Below, one piece after another: positions 18,444 through 25,960 of a stretch of DNA of 25,960 nt. The notes under the pieces are model-generated. The model worked only from the letters and a program-made list of their open reading frames with translations. It made no database searches and was not told where the DNA came from. The stretch spans positions 1 to 25,960 of the forward strand of contig JBFMCE010000055.1 in assembly GCA_040754655.1 (NCBI GenBank), in the 5' to 3' direction. Within the stretch, counting starts at the first letter, position 1; every line of letters starts with the position of its first letter. The stretch comes from Bdellovibrionota bacterium (lineage in GTDB: Bacteria; Bdellovibrionota; UBA1018; UBA923). The position numbers were made by a program, and so were the translations under genes.

Positions 18444-19591
18444 AGATCTCCAAGCATTGAGCGCGCCGTGATCACGCGCAGCATTTCATTGGTCCCGGCC
18501 CCAATTTCAACGAGTTTTGCGTCTCTCATGTAACGTTCGACCGGAAATTCTTTGATGTAACCATAACCGCCCAAAATTTGAATCGCATCCAGCGCGACTT
18601 TGGTCGCCATGGGAGCTGCGAACAGTTTTACCTTAGCGCTCGAGGCCCGCGAGGCTTCATTGCTGTCGAGCAACCCCTCATCCCAAGCTTTTGCGATGTT
18701 ATAGGTGTAATGAGCCGCTGCTTCATAGGCTGCCTGAGCATCGGCAAGCATTGCTTGGATCATTTGAAAGTCTGCGATCGGGCGCCCGAACTGGCTTCTC
18801 TCTTTGGCGTATTTGACGGCGGTTTCGATAGACGCTCGTGCGATGCCAAGGCTTATACCTGAGATCGTAATGCGTTCGATGTCTAGGTTCTTGAGCATGT
18901 GAGCGACGGATCCGCCTTCTTGACCCACCAGGTTTTCAGCGGGAACTTCGCAATTCTCGAAGATCAGTTCGCCGGTTGGGCTTGCGCGCATGCCCATTTT
19001 CTTGAGTTTCTTGCCCATCTTGAAGCCTGGGAAGCTCGACTCCACGATGAAAGTCGAGATATCTTTTCGGCCGTCGCCTGTGCGCGCGTACACGTAAAAT
19101 ACATCACCCATCACGGCGTTTGTGATGAACATCTTTGAACCGTTTAAGATGTACTTCTTTCCCTTTTTCTCGGCTCGCGTACGCATGGCTAAAGCGTCTG
19201 AACCTGCTCCAGGCTCAGTCATGCCCATTCCGCCGATCCATTCTCCTGAGACGAGCTTGGGAAGGTATTTCTTCTTTTGAGCATCAGAAGCACTTGTTGC
19301 GATATTGTTCACCGTGAGGATGGTGTGAGCGAGATATGACAACGCAGTTGAAGCATCTACCGCGCCAAGCTCTTCCATGGCAATGGTTGCTGCAACGCAT
19401 CCCATCTGGGTTCCCCCGTACTCTTCAGCCGTAGTGATGCCCAAAAGCCCGAGATCAGCCATCTTGGTAAAGTACGTCCGGTCGTAACCTTCCTTCTCAT
19501 CCAGTTCATCGATTTTCGGCCCCAGCACCGACTGGGCAAAATCTCGCACGCTTTTTTTCAAAAGCTTATGCTCTTCGGTGAAAAACCACAT
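18440..19591 (-). CDS. Isovaleryl-CoA dehydrogenase-like acyl-CoA dehydrogenase
   Basis: MTEPGAGSD; LDIERI (IVD-type catalytic Glu); EIGAGT in place of EGT; ALSYLAH. Confidence 0.88.
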   Translation of the reverse strand: MWFFTEEHKLLKKSVRDFAQSVLGPKIDELDEKEGYDRTYFTKMADLGLLGITTAEEYGGTQMGCVAATIAMEELGAVDASTALSYLAHTILTVNNIATSASDAQKKKYLPKLVSGEWIGGMGMTEPGAGSDALAMRTRAEKKGKKYILNGSKMFITNAVMGDVFYVYARTGDGRKDISTFIVESSFPGFKMGKKLKKMGMRASPTGELIFENCEVPAENLVGQEGGSVAHMLKNLDIERITISGISLGIARASIETAVKYAKERSQFGRPIADFQMIQAMLADAQAAYEAAAHYTYNIAKAWDEGLLDSNEASRASSAKVKLFAAPMATKVALDAIQILGGYGYIKEFPVERYMRDAKLVEIGAGTNEMLRVITARSMLGDL

Positions 19592-19626
19592 TTGATACCT
19601 CGCGAAGCTATGTTAGTTTTTAGGCG

Positions 19627-21561
19627 ATGGATGGGGAATTCTCGCGTTTCAATTCACAAGATAAAACAAACAACACCGAAGGGGCAAACCGCTCGTCAGT
19701 GCGTTACTCATCCCAATCGTCTTCTACCCTTAAGGGGAAGGATCGCTTTTCTCAAGCCTTTAATGTCTTACTTAACTACTGGGAAATCAAGCCCAGTCAA
19801 TACGAAGCTAAACTTCATGAGCTTGCGCTCAAAGACGTGAGGGTTGTCAGTTCGTTCGTGCCTTGGGCTCACGTAGAGACGGATATCTACCACTCTTTAA
19901 AGAAGTTCGTGCGCGCGGCTTGGGCCGTGAAATTGAATGTCAGGATTTTTGTGATGCCAGAGCTCGGGGTGAATTACCCGAATGCTGGTATTCCAAAAGA
20001 CCTATTGGCCAATATTGCAAACCTCGCCGTCGACCGCGTGGGACGGGTCATTTACAATTATGCCGCCCCCAATATTTTTCCTCTGCCCAGCTTCTCGGCC
20101 CCTGAGGTGTTGAAACGATTCGGCAATTACCTCATCAAGGTCGGCTCGATCCTCGGAGAGGTCTTTAGCGAGGTCGGAAATTCGGATTTTTGCGAGATCG
20201 TCGTTTCAAACAGCCTTTTCAATTACTACCGTAGCTATTCTTTAAGCGGCGGCGATCATGGAGACTATTCCGCGGCTCATGTCATGGCTTTTCGCGATTT
20301 CCTTGATCGCGAGTACCGATCCGCCCAAGGAGGCGATAGCGAACAGTTCAAGATGCAATTGTACGAAGGTTACAACCGGCATCGTTTTTTCACGCACATC
20401 GAAAAACTCTTGCGTGAAAAAACCGACATGGTTTTCGCTCGCAAGAGTTCGGCGTGCAATGTTCGTCACGTCGATCTGTTCAACCCAGAGTGCTCGCCGG
20501 AAGCCGCTTATCGCGATCTGCTCATTGAGCTCTTTGATTTTCATCCTTCGGTCGAGTCTTATTATGAAGGGGTCATCGCAGGAGGCCACCGCAGTGAGAC
20601 CATTTATTTGGGCAACTCTGGCATCTTTCGCAAGTTTATCGATCAAGAAAAGAGTTTTTTGATCCTTGCCGCACTCATTCACGCGGGTGAAGTGGGTGTG
20701 ATGGGAGAAGAGCTCTTCAAGCTTTCGACGACCTTTCAAAGGCGATTGCGTTCGTTGGTCGATTTCTTGGAGGAGCGAAAGCTCTCAAGGCAAACGCGCG
20801 TGAGCTATATCTCTGCAAGCAAGTTTTCGATGGAAGACCATTCGTTCCAGACGCTCGCGGGAATGGCCCCCGGCGTTCTGTCGGTGGTTGGTGGTTTGGA
20901 CGCGCATTCAAAACAGCTCTCCGAGCGGCTTATCTTCATGGATCCCCGCGCGGTCGTGCGGGTGATCGAACTCGTGCAGCTGCTCACTTTAGCTCAGGCG
21001 GGAAAAGTAGTGGCGATCCCCGCTCCGATGGCGAACGTCGCCAACTATACGGCCGATGCTTTGGCGCATTTTGACAAGTTCAGGAAAGGCAAACAGCCGC
21101 TCAGACTCAATACCGGCATTGCTTATGAGGTTTATGAGTACCATCTTGGGCACGTCGTGTTTTATAATCCCCAGGCCTTTTGGAATTCCTCGGAAAAGCC
21201 TGACTCCGCGCGCTTTTTCCAGGCGCTTTTGGGATTGGCTGAAGTAAAATCGCTCTGCACCTTGAGCGATCAGCGAGTGCATGCCGTCAGTTACGTTTCG
21301 GAAGAAAACTCAACGCAAAGCCTGGTCTTCTTGATCAACCCCACTAGCGAAGGGATTGAGGTGAATTTAGGTTTTTCAAATCCCGTTCTTTTGGCTGGAG
21401 TCCCTCAGATGGGTGGATCTGTAGAGGCTTCACCGTTGCTAGGCAAAAGTTTTGAGCTCGCCGTTCCTGCAAGGGGAGTGCTTACGGTACAGCTTTCGTT
21501 GCCGAGTTCTTCTGAAGTTGAAAACGCGAAGCCTGAGAACGAGGCGGGTTTATGGACTTAA
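19627..21561 (+). CDS. GH35/GH42 beta-galactosidase-like protein, apparently catalytically degenerate
   Basis: LNYWEI.P.QYEAKL..L....VRVVSSFVPWAHVE ... LKKFV.AA...KLNV ... NAGIP mirrors the GH35 N-terminus. DYS..HVMAFRDFL.REY is GH42-like. C-terminal LVFLINP ... VPARGV beta-sandwich-like tail. No signal peptide. Confidence 0.65.
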   Translation: MDGEFSRFNSQDKTNNTEGANRSSVRYSSQSSSTLKGKDRFSQAFNVLLNYWEIKPSQYEAKLHELALKDVRVVSSFVPWAHVETDIYHSLKKFVRAAWAVKLNVRIFVMPELGVNYPNAGIPKDLLANIANLAVDRVGRVIYNYAAPNIFPLPSFSAPEVLKRFGNYLIKVGSILGEVFSEVGNSDFCEIVVSNSLFNYYRSYSLSGGDHGDYSAAHVMAFRDFLDREYRSAQGGDSEQFKMQLYEGYNRHRFFTHIEKLLREKTDMVFARKSSACNVRHVDLFNPECSPEAAYRDLLIELFDFHPSVESYYEGVIAGGHRSETIYLGNSGIFRKFIDQEKSFLILAALIHAGEVGVMGEELFKLSTTFQRRLRSLVDFLEERKLSRQTRVSYISASKFSMEDHSFQTLAGMAPGVLSVVGGLDAHSKQLSERLIFMDPRAVVRVIELVQLLTLAQAGKVVAIPAPMANVANYTADALAHFDKFRKGKQPLRLNTGIAYEVYEYHLGHVVFYNPQAFWNSSEKPDSARFFQALLGLAEVKSLCTLSDQRVHAVSYVSEENSTQSLVFLINPTSEGIEVNLGFSNPVLLAGVPQMGGSVEASPLLGKSFELAVPARGVLTVQLSLPSSSEVENAKPENEAGLWT

Positions 21562-22397
21562 GGCACGACTGGAAAGCGCTGAATGAAGTGCTTTTTGAGC
21601 AGCAAGGCCTTTCCGCGACGGGCAGTCGATCTAGCATGGTCTTGCTCGAGGAAAACAACCGCATCGTTGATGGGGTTGTTTCGAATGGACGCCCCTTTCG
21701 TGACGTCGGTGCAGAGGGGCTTTCCCTCCATAAACAAGAGCTTGATGCACTCGCACTGAAATATTCAGTTGAACAGGCAGTTGTACTTTCGAAAAAGAGT
21801 TTTGATCAATATGTGTTTGAGGCCGCAGCTCATGGCACGAACTTCTTCCAACAGCTTCAGACTTTGAGATCAAAAGTCTTAAGTGATGTCGGGCGCAAGA
21901 AAGACGGTGAATTGATCGTCTCAAGGCGCCATTTCATTCTAGACCTTTTTGGCAAGCACCTGCGACGTGTTCTGCCACGCCGGTTCAATGTGCTTTTGTT
22001 CGTGGATCAGCGTCCTCACCACAGCATAGGACCACAGGCTTCCGCCCCATTGTCTTACCGGGCCATCTTGTTGACCTATTCCGACGGGCAGCTGGATCAA
22101 TTCTTTGAACCTGATTTTTCGAGCCTCCATGAGAATCGTTTGATCAATTGGCCTCAGGAATACAAGGCGATCGGGCAATATTTAGAGACTCGTTATATCT
22201 TGCCTTGTTACGCCATTCTGATGAACGAAGAAGATTGGAACCACTGCCTTGAAGCTGCTTCGACGCCTGAGAACAAGCCATGGAAGCTGTTTGTGCGGTA
22301 TTATGACGAGGGAAAAGCGGCTGTTTTTCCAAACCACTGGTTGACCAAGGCTTTGCTTGCGACCCAACGATTAATGGTGTATTTTGGTCGTCTATGA
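21552..22397 (+). CDS. Hypothetical cytoplasmic protein
   Basis: 281-aa ORF overlapping both neighbours (10 nt; ATGA); GAGG upstream of the start; no recognised domain. Confidence 0.75.
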   Translation: MDLRHDWKALNEVLFEQQGLSATGSRSSMVLLEENNRIVDGVVSNGRPFRDVGAEGLSLHKQELDALALKYSVEQAVVLSKKSFDQYVFEAAAHGTNFFQQLQTLRSKVLSDVGRKKDGELIVSRRHFILDLFGKHLRRVLPRRFNVLLFVDQRPHHSIGPQASAPLSYRAILLTYSDGQLDQFFEPDFSSLHENRLINWPQEYKAIGQYLETRYILPCYAILMNEEDWNHCLEAASTPENKPWKLFVRYYDEGKAAVFPNHWLTKALLATQRLMVYFGRL

Positions 22398-23485
22398 ATT
22401 TCGAGGCAGTAACGGCTGACGCTCCTGTAGTGAAAAAACCGCACCTCTGTGGATTGAGGCAAACTGATCTTGCAGAAGATCTTGAGAGCATCGGACTGCC
22501 TGCTTCAAAAGCGCGTTACCATACCCGCCAAATCTTTCGTTGGGTGTATCAGAGAAAAGTAAATTCATTTGATGAAATGACGGATCTCTCGAAAGTGGTT
22601 CGAAGCCACTTGGCTGAGAAGTATTCGCTGGAAGCCTTGCCCAAGGTGTTTGAGCAAAAGAGCATCGACGGCACCCAGAAGTTTTTATTCAAGCTTGATG
22701 ACGGCAAAACGATCGAGAGCGTTCTCATCCCGGCTGACGACAGGCTTACCATTTGCATCAGTTCGCAAGTGGGTTGCGCCATGGGATGCAAGTTTTGTTT
22801 GACTGCCACGATGGGCCTCATCCGAAACCTCAAAGTAGATGAGATCGTGCGCCAGGTTTTTGAGCTTTCAAGACATGCCGGCATCACCAATATCGTCTTC
22901 ATGGGGATGGGCGAGCCCTTGCACAATCTTGAGAACGTCGCGCGCGCTTGCGAGATCTTGCTCAATCAAGATGGTTTGAATTTTTCAAAGCGCAAAATCA
23001 CGATCAGCACTTCAGGGCTTGTTCCGCAGATTCGAAAGATGAATGAGCGCTTAGTGGGCGAGAATCGGGTGAATCTGGCGATTTCGCTGAATGGCTCTTA
23101 CGATGCCCAACGCGGTGAGGTGATGCCCGTGAACAAGGCGTTTCCGATTGACGATCTTCTCGATGCTTGCCGTGAATTCAAGCTCGAACCCCACCGCAGA
23201 ATCACGTTTGAGTATGTGATGCTGGGCGGGCTCAATGATTCGGTCGAAGATGCGGCTCGTGTGATGAGGCTTCTCAAAGACATCCCTTCCAAGGTGAATT
23301 TAATCCCGTTCAATGCGCATCACGGCAGCCCCTATCAGCGGCCCACCGATCAGGCTGTCGATGCCTTTCACCGCTATCTCTTGGATCGCGGCGTTTCGGC
23401 GATGATCCGCCATTCCCGCGGCCGCGACATCTTGGCTGCTTGCGGCCAGCTTCGCAGCGCTGTTGAAGAAAAGCACGCGGTTTGA
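22394..23485 (+). CDS. rlmN: Dual-specificity rRNA/tRNA m2A methyltransferase RlmN
   Basis: S.DGT.K.L, IESV, CISSQVGCAMGCKFC (radical SAM), MGMGEP, ITFEYV, VNLIPFN, DI.AACGQL. Confidence 0.97.
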   Translation: MNFEAVTADAPVVKKPHLCGLRQTDLAEDLESIGLPASKARYHTRQIFRWVYQRKVNSFDEMTDLSKVVRSHLAEKYSLEALPKVFEQKSIDGTQKFLFKLDDGKTIESVLIPADDRLTICISSQVGCAMGCKFCLTATMGLIRNLKVDEIVRQVFELSRHAGITNIVFMGMGEPLHNLENVARACEILLNQDGLNFSKRKITISTSGLVPQIRKMNERLVGENRVNLAISLNGSYDAQRGEVMPVNKAFPIDDLLDACREFKLEPHRRITFEYVMLGGLNDSVEDAARVMRLLKDIPSKVNLIPFNAHHGSPYQRPTDQAVDAFHRYLLDRGVSAMIRHSRGRDILAACGQLRSAVEEKHAV

Positions 23486-23551
23486 TCTTAATTTAAACTA
23501 TTTATATTCTGGTTCAATACGTTAATCTATATTAGTTGCGCGAAGAAGCGT

Positions 23552-24583
23552 ATGAGATCAGGCCTTTTTCTTGTAAAACCAGTTCATATTGCCGGATGGG
23601 TGATCCGAATTGCTTTTATTTTGGGATTCCTACCGGCGTCAGTCATGGCGGGGCCCGACTTTCTCAAGTTAGAGGCCCATTACACGCAAAAAGCCCAGAA
23701 AACATTGTCTGTTCCAAGTGACCTTCCGCCTGCGATTCAGTTCTTGGCGCAGTTTTGGCATGCGGCCTATGCGGGCGAAATGGCCATGACCTTGTACGAA
23801 CACGATCAAATGATCAGTGCCGGGGCGCACGAAGAAAAATATCGCTATCAGGCTGATCGTATCGCGTTTCTCAGAAATGGCTTTGAAGAACGAATGATTG
23901 AGCTTCGCAAGAAATGGAGCAAGCTAGATCAGATAACAGCCAAGAATGCGGTTTTTGAGATGGAGGCTCTATTAAAAGAGTTTACGGCGAACTACTTGAT
24001 TGCAGATGCCGCAGAAAACCAGATGCTCACGGAGGCTAACGAGAGATTTGTCACAGAGTTCAGGTCGGCGAGATCGAAGGCATTAGACGCTTTAGAGAGC
24101 GCAATTCTTCTTTCGCAAAAAGAGTTCTTTGATGATGCCTTCGAATTTCCAAAACCAAAGCTTCATAAAAGCTCGATGAGTGAAAATATGGCTGAAAATA
24201 TGGCATTTATGTCCACCATGGAGTTAGTGGTAGGTGGAATGCTTGGTTTTATTACATTTTTACATGCTTCAGAGAGTGGTAACGGGGCGCTCGCGTTGTT
24301 TTTTCTGTGGATGGTCCCAGATGGCCTTTCAAGGCTAGTTCTTGGACCTGGTTTAGAGTACCCGTTTTTTCAACTTCCTGTCGGGCTTGTTCGAGCGGTC
24401 CGTGCAAAACGGAAAGCGAGACAGCAGCAAAAGGGCTTGTCTGCAGAGCTGCAGGGGATGCTTTTAGAGAGGGTATCGCGTCTGCCGTTCTCAAACCACC
24501 ACGGCGAAAATATTTTCGCAGAGAGAATAAATCGACTCTTTAAGTGTGAGCTGGCGTTAACTAAAAAGTCTTCTGTTGAATGA
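23552..24583 (+). CDS. Hypothetical exported/membrane protein
   Basis: 343-aa ORF with signal-like segment (ASVMA), helical middle and hydrophobic segments around LVVGGMLGFITFL / GALALFFLWMV. Confidence 0.7.
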   Translation: MRSGLFLVKPVHIAGWVIRIAFILGFLPASVMAGPDFLKLEAHYTQKAQKTLSVPSDLPPAIQFLAQFWHAAYAGEMAMTLYEHDQMISAGAHEEKYRYQADRIAFLRNGFEERMIELRKKWSKLDQITAKNAVFEMEALLKEFTANYLIADAAENQMLTEANERFVTEFRSARSKALDALESAILLSQKEFFDDAFEFPKPKLHKSSMSENMAENMAFMSTMELVVGGMLGFITFLHASESGNGALALFFLWMVPDGLSRLVLGPGLEYPFFQLPVGLVRAVRAKRKARQQQKGLSAELQGMLLERVSRLPFSNHHGENIFAERINRLFKCELALTKKSSVE

Positions 24584-24758
24584 GTTTCGCAGTGTTTCCA
24601 ATGGTGGAACTTCCTTGTTGTAAGTACTACTCCCAAACTCTTTTCTATGTGAGAACGTCATACAAAAAATGAATACGAGCAATTTGCTGACTTGACCATC
24701 AGGCTGCGTCGAGTCTAGGGGTCGCTTCTAAATAAAAAGCCTGTTCTTAAAAGGGTTC

Positions 24759-25858
24759 GTGGGGGAAATAATGCATTCATACATTAAGCAGTTTCGATTT
24801 ATTAATCTCGGTTTCTGTTTGTTCGCTTTGTGCGGTTCGTCTGTTTTTGGTGCGCAAATTGATCTGAACTGCTCTGGCATCACATTGCCCGGAGAACCCA
24901 CCCCCGAGCTTGTCACGCGTTACAATGGGGTTACGGGTGATAGGATTGCGGCGTATGGCCAGGCGATCATTCGCGGAGACTCGTATTCAATGCTTGTTGA
25001 CCGAACATCGAGCAATGGCAATGCGACCACACCTGCGGGCGTTATGGTTGGGTACCGGGCTTTTACTTTCACGAATGGCAATCCCAATGAGATCGTGCCT
25101 CGTTTTGCGCATGTCGAGGCTCAGAAGACTTATGTTGATCCTGAGAACAATCTGTTCATTGCAGGTGAGGGACGTGATTTCGGGTACGATATCCAGTACA
25201 ACTTTGACGGTCCTCCGGGTCTTCTTTTGGTGAAACTTGGAACATCGGGTGGTGTATTGCCATCACGCGGTGGGTTTTATGGGGCGGCAAGCATCAGCAC
25301 TCTATTGGCAGGTACGGCTGACCCTGAAGGAGGTAGGCTGACCACGCTTTCTGTGCTTAAGATCAAGTCCTCGGGCTCAACTGGAAAGGTTCTTGTGCTT
25401 GGAGTAGCACGGGATACAGAGAATCCTAATCAAATAGACCGTTATTGGGTTGTGCGATTCAATACAAATGGTTTGGTTGATCAAGGTTTTGGTCAAGGCG
25501 GGATTGTTTACATTCCGCGGATCCAGCAGTCTAAGATGCCTCCTCAGGATCTGATTGCCAACTTGAGCGTTGCAGTTCCGGTAGACATTACGCCACCCGA
25601 CGATTCTAGTTTTTATGCTTTGTACGTGGCGGGCAACTCTCAAGGTTCGGCGCTAAGCCACATTCTGGTACGGAAGTACCAAACCAACGGCCTGCCACTT
25701 CATCGTTCCATAGCCAACCTCGCCCGGGCGTGATGAACAGCTCTGGAGTCATGTACAACAGGTTTACCACAAGTTGTTCGACCCGGAGGTTGCGACCGAT
25801 CGCGATCAATATGGATTCGACCGGCGCATTTCACGTTCTTTCTGAGACTTTTAATTGA
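24759..25858 (+). pseudogene. Exported delta-60-repeat (beta-propeller) protein, probably frameshifted/truncated
   Basis: Signal peptide; YWVVRFNTNGLVDQGFGQGGIV and ILVRKYQTNG match delta-60 repeats. The ORF stops at 25733, but the -1 frame from ~25697 reads TSSF...PIAINMDSTGAFHVLSETFN* to 25858, which resembles the next blade. Confidence 0.6.
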
Positions 25859-25898
25859 GATTGAGTCGGTGCTTGCGGAGACGCTTTATTTTTTTGAT

Positions 25899-25923
25899 GT
25901 AGTTGATTTTTATTGTCAATAAA
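25899..25923. promoter_or_regulatory. Palindromic operator-like site 4
   Basis: GTAGTTGATTTTTATTGTCAATAAA (TTGAT-N7-GTCAA) in the AT-rich intergenic region at the window end. Confidence 0.5.
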
Positions 25924-25960
25924 TGCTATTGACCAAAGTTATGAAAAATAATTTGCGATC

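Noticed and set aside
1..25960. CRISPR arrays, tRNA/rRNA genes, riboswitches, sigma54 promoters
   Set aside because: No regularly spaced DNA repeats, cloverleaf signatures or TGGCAC-N5-TTGC motifs recognised by eye; an Infernal/Rfam scan would be needed to exclude small RNAs.

Overview
Bacterial chromosomal window, probably from a Bdellovibrionota/Oligoflexia-like organism. This is inferred from a DgcB-like FHA-GGDEF cyclase and the style of the orphan secreted proteins. The left end is a decaying accessory patch: a vapBC toxin-antitoxin pair (vapB cut by the window edge), an internally deleted and frameshifted IS481-family element (640..1455), and a relE-toxin remnant missed by the ORF track. 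Two exported putative proteases follow: a transglutaminase-like lipoprotein and an HExxH zincin. The middle is housekeeping (mutL-miaA-2-hydroxyacid dehydrogenase-PPDK regulatory protein-ilvE-DUF503; ivd-like ACAD-ACAD-pgi-FHA/GGDEF cyclase) plus a 1018-aa Ig-repeat/LamG surface lipoprotein. The right part has a tightly coupled operon (degenerate GH35/GH42-like protein, unknown protein, rlmN), an orphan exported protein, and a frameshifted delta-60-repeat gene. The best hidden signal is a palindromic operator-like motif, AGTTGAY-N7-GTCAAY, resembling an Rrf2/IscR type-1 site. It occurs in four intergenic regions, three of them directly upstream of exported-protein genes; in two it overlaps a near-consensus sigma70 promoter. 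No rRNA, tRNA or CRISPR array was seen.
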